Positions 13,313 through 25,011 of a stretch of 64,000 nt of DNA are shown here, one piece after another. Numbering within the stretch: position 1 is the first letter of the stretch; each line of letters begins with the position of its first letter. The notes under the pieces are model-generated. The model worked only from the letters and a program-made list of their open reading frames with translations, did no database searches and was not told the origin of the DNA. The position numbers and the translations under genes were made by a program. This DNA is from Octopus sinensis (lineage: Eukaryota): NCBI RefSeq assembly GCF_006345805.1, contig NC_043000.1, positions 114,452,001-114,516,000 on the forward strand. Direction: 5' to 3'.

Positions 13313-13570
13313 TTGGCTTAGTGGTTAGAGCAGCTGACTAGCGGTCGAAGGATCGCGGGTTCGAATCTCAGACTGGGCGATGTGTGTGTTTATGAGCGAA
13401 ACACCTAAGCTCCACGCGGCTCCGGCAGAAGGTAATGGCGAACTTCTGCTGACTCTTTCGCCACAACTTTCCCTCACTCTTTCCTCCTGCATCTTGCAGT
13501 TCACCTATACACCAAGGAAACTGGGAAACCAGCCCTTATGAGCCAGGCATGGCTCGAGAAGGAACAAACA
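13313..13570 (+). mobile_element. SINE family D
   Basis: tggcttagtggttagagcag...ggttcgaatc head; gagcgaaacacctaagctccacg body shared with 28306-28687. Confidence 0.8.
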
Positions 13571-13974
13571 GTAACTAATGAAGTATTTTGTGCAATATAA
13601 GAAAAATGAGTTAAAGATTGTCTGGTATGCATTACGGCGCCTTTTTTTTATGTGCTCACTCCCACTAACTTTAGAATCTGGCTACGCCTCCGAATTCAAT
13701 ACTATAAATGATGTCAAGGTCGAAATTGTTGATCAAACAATTAGTTCATAAGCGGCCTTAACCACAGAATCACATTGGATAGTACAAGTAATATATTCGG
13801 ATGAATACAGTGGCTAGTAACAGCAAACTAACAAATAATACATGATATGATACAGTGTAATGTAGAATATATAGGATATAATATAATCTAATATAAATAC
13901 AGTATATGATAAAATAGATATAGTAAGGGAATATAATGTAAAATATAATCTTGTCTACTACAGGTCCAAGGCCT

Positions 13975-14134
13975 GAAATTTTGTGGTAGGGGACTAGTCG
14001 ATTACATCGAACCCAGTGTCTCACTGGTACTTGTTTTACCGACCCCGAAAGGATGAAAGGTAAAGTCGACCTCGGCGGAATTTGAACTGCTAAGCATTCG
14101 TCCAGCGTGCTAACGATTCTGCCAGCTCGCCGCC
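13975..14134 (-). mobile_element. SINE family A, short-tail variant, internally deleted
   Basis: Head, core and short tail recognisable. Confidence 0.8.
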
Positions 14135-14187
14135 ATAGTGTAAAATATAATGTCTAAAATAATATATTATATAAAATCCGTTCTGTG

Positions 14188-14222
<35 letters not shown>

Positions 14223-14990
14223 GTCTTCTAGGATCTCGGGCATCCTCCATCCGATTGCGCTCAAATTGGATATGTAGATACAGACGGTATCATCGCGTGT
14301 ATAAGTTTTGAAAAAAATACAAAAATCGATTCCAGGTGAGAATGCGATCGATAAAGCCGTGGGAACGTGCATTTGTAAAATCGTTTTTCTTGGAATAGAA
14401 AAAAGTCTATCTTTATTTCTTCTTTTGTTGGTGTCTCAAATTCTCAAAGGGGAGGCCTATGGGACGGTCGGACAAGTTGTTTTGGGAAAATTTGGTTTAA
14501 ATGTTTGACAACTCAGCACCGTCCATTGAACGGGGGAGGTGTTTTGCTCGTATATTATAAAGTAACAATGGTGGATCTCCGTCACTCGACGATGAAAATT
14601 CACTTATTCTATTATCTGCTCATTGAATTAACGTGTAAGTGGCAGAGTACTACTCCACGCGTTCACAACGTAATCCAGCGTGTGTTACACAGTGTCACAC
14701 ATCGTGTGTTACATAGTGAGTGACAAAGCTATACCATTAAACTGCCACTAGAATCCACCCGAGGACCTTCTAGCGTACAGCTTCCGTTTGTTCAATTTAA
14801 CTCACAACTCGAGGCTATAGAAAATTATTCTGAGTTCAAATCCCGCTCAAGTCGTGTCTGCTTTCCATTCTTCCAGAGTTCATACAATGAAGCTTTAACC
14901 AAGCATATTCTATCAAAAGTACCTTTCCTTTCAAAACCGAGTCTTTGTGCTAACGCTAGATATTAAATTACTGTTTATTATGTTAAATAC

Positions 14991-15224
14991 ATATTTCTTT
15001 ACTACCCACAAAGGGCTAAACATAGAGTGGACAAACAAAGACAGACAAAGGGATTAAGTCGATTACATCGACCCCAGTGCGTAACTGGTACTTAATTTAT
15101 CGACCCCAAAAGGATGAAAGGCAAAGTCGACCTCGGCGGAATTTGAACTCAGAACGTAGCAGCAGACGAAATACCGCTAAGCATTTCGCCCGGCGTGCTA
15201 ACGTTTCTGCCAGCTCGCCGCCTA
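14991..15224 (-). mobile_element. SINE family A, full length, 14-bp TSD
   Basis: attatgttaaatac at 14977-14990 and 15225-15238 flanks the element. Confidence 0.95.
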
Positions 15225-15462
15225 ATTATGTTAAATACCATTTACATTAAAATGTGAATAATTCATTCATAAAGTATTCATAGATCTTCTCTATAAGCCT
15301 ACCAAAATATTTCAGGTCATATTCTAGAAATATTCAAGAAATAATTGCTGGTGTGTGGTACTATTTCCATAACATTTTAAAAACATTCTGTTGTGTCTGG
15401 GGAGAGTAATTTTCTTTTTGTCCTTATAATTTAACACACTCACCGGTAAAATTTCCACTTAT

Positions 15463-15695
15463 AAGGTGGCGAGCTGGCAGAAACGTTAGCACGCTGGGCG
15501 AAATGCGTGGCCGTATTTCGTCTGCCGCTACGTTCTGAGTTCAAATTCCGCCGAGGTCGACTTTGCCTTTCATCCTTTCGGGGTCGATAAATTAAGTACC
15601 GGTTACGCACTGGGGTCAATGTAATCGACTTAATCCGTTTTTCTGTCCTTGTTTGTCCCCTCTGTGTTTAGCCCCTTGTGGGTAGTAAAGAAATA
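15463..15695 (+). mobile_element. SINE family A, full length, 18-bp TSD
   Basis: ggtaaaatttccacttat at 15445-15462 and 15696-15713 flanks the element. Confidence 0.95.
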
Positions 15696-17448
15696 GGTAA
15701 AATTTCCACTTATTTCTTGTTTTAAAAACAGTTGGATTCATTTGAGCCCCAAATTGGAGATCTACGACTTAAAGATCAAGGATAAAAAAAAAATATTTAA
15801 AATTCTGAAACTATTAAACTCTGTTGATTTTGGTGAGGATTATCTTTAGTCTAGGCTTGGAGCCAATATTTTTTTTGGAATCTAAGTTTCTCACGTCTAT
15901 TTTGGTATTCTTAAGATTTGTATATGTATATATTTTATTATTTAAGGAGATAAAAGAAATTATCGACCTTTACATTGTTGCCAAATCATTTGATGAGCTG
16001 ACACGCATCAGCCAGGGTTGACTCCATTCCAATATAGGGTATTATTGTTATCGATCTGTTAACAATGTCATCACGACTATCTCCATAAATATGTTACTTT
16101 GGTACTGTTTAGTCTCTGGTCAGTTCTGATCGAACAGACCTCTTTATCAAACATATTCCGGACGTGACTGTCCCGTCTGTTTTTTCAGTTAGGCCCACAT
16201 TATCCAATTTATATCCAGGGCTATTCGATGTATCCTTCATTTTTTAAGACGGTAGGATGAAGTGGACGCTTCCTTCGCCCATGAAACTTTAAGAAACGTG
16301 AAATTAAATCAAACTCTTATCAACTATCTTCCTTAACATCAGTGGTTTTAAACCTTTATTTTGTAGTGCCCACACTTTTAAGTAGCTGTTATGTCTAGCA
16401 CCCACCTAAGTGGTGGCCGAGCTATCACAACGAAACTAACTTAACATGGATAATAATTTATAAATTTTCCTCTAAAAATGGATTTTGTTTGATTCCCACT
16501 GAGCAGCATCTTGGGCAATTGCCTTCTCCCATAACATCGAATGTGCGAAAATCCCCAAAACTAATTTAATAGACGGAAAATATGCGGAAGCCTGCCGTTG
16601 GCGAAGAGATCATTGTACAACAATGATGTTGGGGAGTAGACAAAATGCTTCTCTTCGTTTAACGTCACAATCTGGCCTTTGGGTGCCTTTAGCAGAGACC
16701 AGTCGGTCGCCATGTCACCGCGCCACAAAGGCGTTGTCTGAAAATGTTATAGGCGTTAACCTTCGTCTTATCATAGTGCCATTAAAACCGCGTTCACCTC
16801 AACGTATTCATATTTTTACAGAAGTAAAGACTAGAAATTCCTGTGAATTCTTTCTTTATTTTTATTTGCTAGAAAGAAGAAAACGTGATTTTAAAAGGAA
16901 GCAATACGTAAAGATAGAATGTCAGGTGGGAGAAGTGACTGTGATAAGTGAGCAGCTTAATCAATCAACGGCAGTAAATAGAATGAACGAATCAGATTAG
17001 AATAATCTACGAAAGTATAGAGAGTTAAGACAATTTAGAGAACTTCAAAGAGCCATGACATTCAAACGGATAAAGCAACAGAGAAGATAAATGGCAGTCA
17101 TCACAAGATATACGTCTTGTTAAGAAATATGCTTGGGATAGATTGATGTGATGTGGAACAGTTAAAAGATGTCTTATCAGAAGGTTCAGCGGTGAGGCGG
17201 CAAATTGACAAAATATGATCCAAAGAAACAGAGAAATGAAGATGCGTTAATTTGTTGTGAGAAGAAAGAATACTGCATGTTTCAGCAAAGTAACACGCTT
17301 AGACGCAGGTAAAGAAGCTTGCTTTATGCACTGTTGGTTCCGGGTTCGATCCCGCGGCGCGGTAATTTGAAAAGCAGTTTCTATCATTGCCTCGATTTCA
17401 CTAGTATGCCGTGAGTCTAATTTGGTTGATGGAGGTTGTGCAGAAATC

Positions 17449-17544
<96 letters not shown>

Positions 17545-17773
17545 ATTTTTACTACCTACAAGGGGCTAAACACAGAGAAGACAAACAAGGACAGACAAAC
17601 GGATTAAGTTGATTATATCGACTCGAGTGCGTAGCTTGTACTTATTTAATCGACCCCGAAAGGATGAAATGTAAAGTCGACCTCGGCGGAATTTGAACTC
17701 AGAACGCAGCGGCAGACGAAATACCGCTAAGCATTTCGCCCGGCGTGCTAACGTTTCGGCCAGTTCGCCGCCT
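17545..17773 (-). mobile_element. SINE family A, full length, inside a (TCTA)n array
   Basis: Complete head, core and long tail. Confidence 0.9.
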
Positions 17774-18233
17774 TACTATCTATCTATCTATCTATCTTAT
17801 ATGTTTATATATATAATGTAGGATAAATATAGTAATAATATACTACCCATCCCAACATCTGCATACTCAGATATCAAAATAAATAAGTCTAACACCACCA
17901 CGCACACCTCCCTCTCATTTATAATTACCATTCCATTCTCTCTCTCCACCACCTTCTATACTCCCCCACCACCAAATACACACAGAACTGCCGACATACC
18001 CCAATCAACCTTTTAATTGGTCAAAACTGATAAACAACCCCCAGTTACACATCCGATGCTTCCAACGTTAATGCGACATCACCCGAAGGAATGAACGCAC
18101 GAATATGGTCCACCAGATGTCTACGGACTGTACTATAATCATCACAGGAATAAGGACTATGATCGCAAGAAGCATGTGATTTGTGGAAACGCGCGTAGTG
18201 ATGCATTAAAATATTTATAAATTCCATCCATGG

Positions 18234-18275
<42 letters not shown>

Positions 18276-18388
18276 CGCACGCACATACACACACATATAG
18301 TTCAAATTAACAGAAAACCAAAGACGTAGGCAAGTGTAGGAACAACAAGCAGGTATATTAGTTTAACGCCCGGGAAAAATGGAAAAGT

Positions 18389-18424
18389 CTTTTACGTTTC
18401 GAGCCTATGCTCTTCAACAGAAAG
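18389..18424 (-). ncRNA. Candidate minimal type I hammerhead ribozyme, variant core CUGUUGA+A
   Basis: cttt-CTGTTGA-a-gagc atag gctc-GAAA-cg-TA-aaag; lies in a repeat (18300-18480) shared with 28845-29010. Confidence 0.55.
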
Positions 18425-19470
18425 GATTAAGAGGAAACAAATTGGAGAGAGAATGCAAAAAAAACAAAAAACAAAAAAAAAACGGAGAGAGCAAAAAAAA
18501 ACTGCATAATTCATGGCGATATGATTGGAAAAAAGAGGTATATGAATTAGTTATAGGGATTCCATAGAATCTAGGCACATCATGTAGGATGCTAGAAATG
18601 GCTAGGTACGATAATATAGAGTTCACAGTGAGGTAAACAACATTAACGGCATCAAGTGTTGGAAAGACACTGTAGATAATGCAAGCACCAAATCCAATTT
18701 AAACCGTAGATTCGATTCTGGAGTTGGTCTTTGATAGGTTTAAAAAGAAAACTCTTGAAAGCACTGCTCCAGCATGATCGCAGTCATTCTTTTAGTGTTT
18801 ATCGCATTCAGCTGTAAGTGGGCAGGTGAGACAATGTTTGTTTCTTTTACGGGTGGAGGTGAAAGGTAATAAAACGATGCTTAGAGAAGCAATCGGTTTA
18901 AAGGTGTATGTTCTTCCTTCTGTCTTAGCCAAGATTGTTTAGAAAGTCGTCAGGAAAGCAAAGAAAAACGTTGCGGGAGGAACAAGAAAACAAAACAAAA
19001 CAAAAAAAAACACCTTGGTGATTAATAATGATGATTGTAATTCAGCAGCCGAGTAGAGTACCCGGATGTACCCACACCCATAACAAGAATGTTATTGGTG
19101 GGAGGAGAGGAGGGAAACAAGACTAAATAAAATATAACTAAATTCTTCTTCTCGTAATCGTTGTCATCGTCGCCGTCGTCGTCATTATCACCATCAACAA
19201 CAACATCAACAACAACACACTAAACAACATCAGTATCAACAGCATCATTAACTTCAACAATAACAGACATTAAAAATAAAGATTTGAAAAAAAATTAAAA
19301 CACTTGTTTCACTCACGCAACTCGAACGTTGACCTTCAAAAGACAAACCCGTTGAATATGTTCTTATTTCTGTCTGGAATCGGTGGCATAATATCCAATG
19401 TTATTAAACTTTACAATTTTCGTAGCTAATTCCTCACTATCAACAACTATCTGACAATATTTCTAGCTCC

Positions 19471-19518
<48 letters not shown>

Positions 19519-19607
19519 ATATAATTCGAGACAAAACCACTATTTTAAAACCAAACAAGGAAAGACTTAATCAATACATAAAATTTTAATATAGATTAAA
19601 TAAACCG

Positions 19608-19650
19608 CCACTACAAATGTTTCATGTCTGCTCCGACAATCTTCAGGTGG
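19608..19650 (-). ncRNA. Minimal type I hammerhead ribozyme (mirror copy)
   Basis: Reverse-complement copy of 19721-19763. Confidence 0.75.
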
Positions 19651-19720
19651 ATTTTCGATCTTCTAATCAGTATCAAATTTTGAAGTATCAAAATTTGATA
19701 CTGATTAGAAGATCGAAAAT

Positions 19721-19763
19721 CCACCTGAAGATTGTCGGAGCAGACATGAAACATTTGTAGTGG
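19721..19763 (+). ncRNA. Minimal type I hammerhead ribozyme
   Basis: ccac-CTGAAGA-t tgtc ggagca gaca t-GAAA-c attt g-TA-gtgg; canonical core, GUA triplet, U.U at the first stem II pair. Confidence 0.75.
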
Positions 19764-20110
19764 CGGTTTATTTAATCTATATTAAAATTTTATGTATTGA
19801 TTAAGTCTTTCCTTGTTTGGTTTTAAAATAGTGGTTTTGTCTCGAATTATATTATATAATATTTTACTATAAAATTGGATTTAACCCTAAATCTGATTTT
19901 TCCCTGTAATTTTGGATTCATTCCCTAATATTTATTATATATATATATTATATATATATATATATAATATATATATATATTATATTGAGGGTACTACTAT
20001 TCGTAGATACCAACACGCTAAGAGGGACCAATGCGGTCAAAACTACTAAAAATAAACAAAATTTTACCGAATACAAAACTTCAAAACACATCATTTTAAA
20101 AAAGAATTCA

Positions 20111-20176
20111 GTTACATATCACATGTGATTTCACATTTAAATGCAGAATATGCATTTTTATGTTCATCAGTGCAAC
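20111..20176 (-). ncRNA. Type I hammerhead ribozyme (intact stem II copy)
   Basis: gttgca-CTGATGA-acat aa aaatgca tattc tgcattt aa atgt-GAAA-tcacatgtga-TA-tgtaac. Confidence 0.85.
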
Positions 20177-20359
20177 CACCGGAATAGTTCAATACTGAAT
20201 TTTTATTCCGAATAGACAATTTGTTACCGAAATGCATTGCGAATAAGCCCGCCATTTTCATAGATATGTAAAGATAAACATTCGGACATGCTACGACGAA
20301 TTCTACGGTTGGCTATCGAGCTTGTAATGTTATGTTTCTCTCTTATATTTCTTGAGTTT

Positions 20360-20425
20360 GTTGCACTGATGAACATAAAAATGCATATTCTGCATTTAAA
20401 TGCGAAATCACATGTGATATGTAAC
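20360..20425 (+). ncRNA. Type I hammerhead ribozyme (A.C mismatch at stem II base)
   Basis: Same as the mirror copy but with C at 20403; stem III is the 12-nt palindrome atcacatgtgat. Confidence 0.8.
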
Positions 20426-20665
20426 TGAATTCTTTTTTAAAATGATGTGTTTTGAAGTTTTGCATTCGGTAAAATTTTGTTTATTTTTAGTAGTTTTGAC
20501 CGCATTGGTCCCTCTTAGCGTGTTGGTATCTACGAATAGTAGTACCCTCAATATAATATAAATGAATATTTTCAAAGAGGAAGAATTTACGGATTTTTTC
20601 TCTTACGAGGTTTTTCACGCTGACTACTGATAATTTCTTTTAAAGATTTTATCCTCAATTGTTAA

Positions 20666-20746
<81 letters not shown>

Positions 20747-20917
20747 CACAAAGTAGTTAGGGGTTATGGGTGTAACCCACTATGGGATAGCATTTATCCA
20801 ATATACTGTTGGTAAAGTACCCAGATTCTTAATACATAAAAGTTTTTAATTGCAATGCAATTAACTCATTCATTGTATTAAACGGGTAAAGGTAAAGAAA
20901 TATTTTTACCGTTAATT

Positions 20918-21152
20918 TATAATACAAATAAGAAAATGGAGAAACAAATTTAATTTGTTCATCAACTTTCGGATATTAGAATGTTGGATTATTTATTCAT
21001 TTAACAAAATGAGAACCTTAATAGCATACATATATATCTTATAATTCAATACGTATAAGATAAGAATGCAAAAATAAATAATCCAGCATTCTAATATCCG
21101 AAAGTTGATGAACAAACTAAATTTGTTTCTCCATTTTCTTATTTGTATTATA
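20918..21152. repeat. Inverted repeat, ~80-bp arms, 75-bp spacer
   Basis: Arms 20918-20997 and 21073-21152, about 2 mismatches; abuts (TA)n. Confidence 0.9.
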
Positions 21153-21159
21153 TATATAT

Positions 21160-21211
<52 letters not shown>

Positions 21212-21399
21212 ATATAATTAATCAATATAGGGTAGCAAAAATTTCAGCAGAAATTATTTGCCACCAGCGGTCTAGTGGGAAAAAGGAAATAGTCAAAGAC
21301 TATTAATAAATTCAACAATACTTTTTTTTGCGGTTGAAGCCTTAGCTGCTATTTCTAGTGGTTTGAACGGCCTATTATGGCCGTTCCTTAATTTGGCTG

Positions 21400-21431
<32 letters not shown>

Positions 21432-21825
21432 TGAAGTGAAACGGCTCAGTCGATGATCAAAACCGCATCGCAGACAACAGTCAATGTGTCTGTTGCCCTT
21501 TTTCTGTTTAAAAGGAAATATCTATAAGGACTTATAGCTTCCACCTTCGAGTCCTCAACTCATCAAAGAGTTACAGGGGAGCTGATGTCACGTACGATGT
21601 TTCTTGTTAATTTAAATCTGGCAGAGTCCATCTCTCTTCACGTTTGACGTTATTCGACAGCTGGTACCCCGTCGGTTATGACGACGAGGGTTCCAGTTGA
21701 CCAGATCAACAGATCAGCTTGCTCGTGAAATTAACGTGTAAGTGGCTGAACACTCCACAGACACGCGCATCCTTCAAAGAGATTCAGCGTGACACAGAGT
21801 ATGGCAAGGTGGTGGTTCAGAAGGC

Positions 21826-22320
21826 GGCGGGCTGGCAGAAACGTTAGCACGCCGGCCGAAATGCGTAGCCGTATTTCGTCTGCCGCTACGTTCTGAGTTC
21901 AAATTCCGCCGAGATCGACTTTACATTTCATCCTTTCGGGGTAGATTAAATAAGTACCAGTGACGCACTGGGGTCGATGTAATCGACTTAATCCGTTTGT
22001 CTGTCCTTGTTTGTCCTCTCTGTGTTTAGCCCCTTGTGGGTAGTAAAGAAATAGGTATTTCGTCTGCCGCTACGTTCTAAGTTCAAATTCCGCCGAGGTC
22101 GACTTTGCCTTTCATCCTTTTGGGGTCGATTAAATAAGTACCAGTTACGCACTGGGGTCGATATAATCGACTTAATCCGTTTGTCTGTCCTTGCTTGTCT
22201 TCTCTGTGTTTAGCCCCTTGTGGGTAGTAAAGAAATAGTTATGCACTGGGGTCGATATAATCGACTTATTCCCTTGTTTGTCCCCTCTATGTTTAGCCCC
22301 CTGTGGGCAATAAAGAAATT
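21826..22320 (+). mobile_element. SINE family A multimer (three tails); preceded by a SINE D fragment (21650-21812) and followed by a SINE B head (22355-22495, minus)
   Basis: One head followed by repeated core and tail units. Confidence 0.9.
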
Positions 22321-23215
22321 AAGGCAGTGGTTCAGATTTGAATTACGGGTACCACTCATTTTTGCCAGCTGAGTGGACTGGAACAACATGAAATAAAGTG
22401 TCTTGCTCAAGGACACAACGCGCCGCCAGGAATCGAACTCTCGACCTTACGTGTGTGAGCCGAATACCCGAACCACTAAACTACGCGCCTTCACATTAAA
22501 AAAAAAGCATAACGGATAAGAGTCGTGCTGGTGGGGAAATACCAGTTAACTACTGGGGTCGATTTAATCAATTATTTCTCCTCTCTAGAATCAATGACCA
22601 TAAGCCTAGAGCAGAAACAAAGGGCCGTGAATGGGCAGGATCGTTAGGGGCGTCGGACAAATATATCTTGCAGGAGTTTGCCCTGCTTCTTTATTTTCTG
22701 GGTTCAGATTTCACCGAGGTCAACTCCCTTTTTTTTCTTCAGGATCGACAATATAAAGTACCAGTCAAATAACGAGGTCAACGGGATCTACTAACCCCTT
22801 TCCCGTTAATTTCCCCATAAAGGGGGTTGAGGAAGTTGTAGGAGCTGTGAAGGTAGACGGGCAAGTATGTCGAAGACATATTAGAGAGGGAGGGAAAGAA
22901 AGAGGGGGAGGGGAGGACGTGTGTGTGGGGAGGTGTAATAAAATGGGAGGAAATCATTTCCGTTAAAAGAAAAAAGATTCCGAGATTAACAATTCTGAAC
23001 ATCAAAAGTATTTATTACATTAATAATTATGTCATTGATAATAATCATTAAAGAAGGCGACGGCATTCAGCTATGACGTGGATGACGTCATTGAGGAGTT
23101 ACTGTGTAATCGTATTCACTTGCATACGTACACACACAAACACGCATGCATACATAAATACATACGTACACAACACACATACATGCATGCCTCAATGCAT
23201 ACATACATACATACA

Positions 23216-23249
<34 letters not shown>

Positions 23250-23351
23250 CATAAGTATATACACACAAGCACATATACAGACGTTCGTACGTGCGTACAT
23301 ATATAAATATACATATAAGAGAGCAAAAGTGTACGTACGTCGCTATATATA

Positions 23352-23582
23352 TATATATAAAATACAATTGGGACAAGAACGCAAAACATCCAAATTGACG
23401 ATACAAAAACACGGACGGGTCATTCGAAGCTTTTTAATCCTCAGTCAATAACCGGATCATCCGAAATTGCGAGGATGATCCAGTTCTTGACTGAAGATTA
23501 AAGGCTTTGAATGACCCGTCCGTGTTTTTGTATCGAGTATTTGATGTTTTGCGTTCTTGTCCCAATTGTATTTTATATATAT
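23352..23582. repeat. Inverted repeat, ~110-bp arms, 10-nt spacer, Penelope-type fragment
   Basis: Centre ggatcatcc-gaaattgcga-ggatgatcc; the central part recurs at 46062-46097; both arms carry a CTGA(A/G)GA remnant. Confidence 0.85.
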
Positions 23583-24483
23583 AAATATACATACATATAT
23601 ACATAGTACATACATACATACATTCATACATACGTAAGTATATATATATATACACACACACACAAGCACATATATAGACGTTTGTACGTGCGTACATATG
23701 TAAATATACATACATACATACATACATACATACATACATACATACATACTTACATACATACATACATACATACATATACGTCAAACGCAAGAAATTTGTT
23801 TTATATCGACATTGTAATAAGCACACTTTTTCTTGTTTATCTCATGAAACTTTTACTGTAACGCAGAGTTTCGTAACACGAAATTTATTGTATCATTGAA
23901 CTTTGATGCTCCACGGAAGTTGTACAACGTGGGATCCAACATGGAAATATGATCCACGTTACAAAATTCCATGTTACAACAAGGTTTTCACGAACGCAAT
24001 CCTTTGGATGTTTGCATACTCATGTTAATATAATGGATCGCTTTACGTTACTGTCTCACGCGACGGAACTCCACCTTACGACAAAGTTTAGACAATTACA
24101 ATAATTTTTTAAAGCACAGGATCTCTGTAGACTCAGGTTGCGCTTTGGGTCGATTTACTTTAAGTGAAATTTCGTTGCGGTAGGTCGTATCATCTGGATT
24201 TGTCTAGGTATGTCTCCAAAGTACATACACATTCCTACCCTCACAAACACATGCGAGCATAGTCACACGTACACATATAGACATAACGTTAATTTATATA
24301 GTAACATAATATTGCATATTATACCCGCCTTACGAATGTGAAAAAAAAAAATGAAATGCTACGCTAACAGAGATTCTCGTTTCACGCCTTAGTTAAATAT
24401 TCAGATGATCTTAGCTGCATGGTCGGTAGACAGTAGCCCTACTTTGAGAATAAGACGATGAAACATAAAAGAAATCATCATCA

Positions 24484-24550
<67 letters not shown>

Positions 24551-24994
24551 CATTCAGTAGTTTTATTTTTATAGCGTGCTTTCACTTCACTACCGAGCGC
24601 AGCTCTGTGTGCCTTAGGTATGTGCTGTGATTTGTTGTGATGCTCTGATGTTTATTGTATGGAAAGTGTTCTGCGTGGGATGTGTGTAGTGCCTAGTAGT
24701 GCAATTTTCTGTATGTTATATGTGTTTGTAAGTTCTGGTGTTTTTGTTATGTATTTGTCTGAATATTTTTTTATCATGCCTAATGCACCTACTATGATAG
24801 GAATTGTTTCTGTTTTTAGATTCCGCATTCTGGTTACCTCTATTTCCAGGTCTTTGTATTTTGAAAGTTTCTCCATTTCTTTTAGAGACACGTTGTCATC
24901 TGCCGGTATTGATACATCAATTAGAAAGCATTTTTTTTCTTCATGATCTCTGACAACTATATCTGGTCTGTTGGCCTTAATTTCTCTATCTGTG
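24551..24994 (-). mobile_element. R4/Dong-type LINE 3' end (family R-B) in an (AAT)n array
   Basis: RLE motifs NRPDIVVRD...LIDVSIP...KLSKYKDL and IIVGALG; ORF stop at 24652; (AAT)n on both sides. Confidence 0.9.
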
Positions 24995-25011
24995 TTATTA
25001 TTATTATTATT

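Larger units (their letters stand above)
19513..19858. repeat. Perfect inverted repeat, 171-bp arms, 4-nt spacer (Penelope pLTR fold-back)
   Basis: Arms 19513-19683 and 19688-19858 are exact reverse complements by eye; the left end abuts a (TA)n tract. Confidence 0.95.
19981..20555. repeat. Inverted repeat, 196-bp arms, 183-bp spacer
   Basis: Arms 19981-20176 and 20360-20555; two transition mismatches seen. Confidence 0.95.

Noticed and set aside
14155-14480. Second Helitron/HINE-like element with an internal (GT)n
   Set aside because: The 5' look is suggestive, but no 3' hairpin-CTAG end was found.
16623-17000. 125-aa plus-strand ORF as a gene
   Set aside because: No recognisable motifs; it spans unique sequence and a purine-rich, probably decayed repeat.
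20918-21152. Hammerhead in this third inverted repeat
   Set aside because: TTGATGA and GAAA strings are present but cannot be arranged with stems I-III and an NUH site on either strand.
23853-23972. 39-codon minus-strand ORF (MEFCNVDH...) as a first coding exon
   Set aside because: Short enough to occur by chance, with a weak donor site; the one plausible donor leads to an in-frame stop if joined to the 16.6-kb candidate exon.
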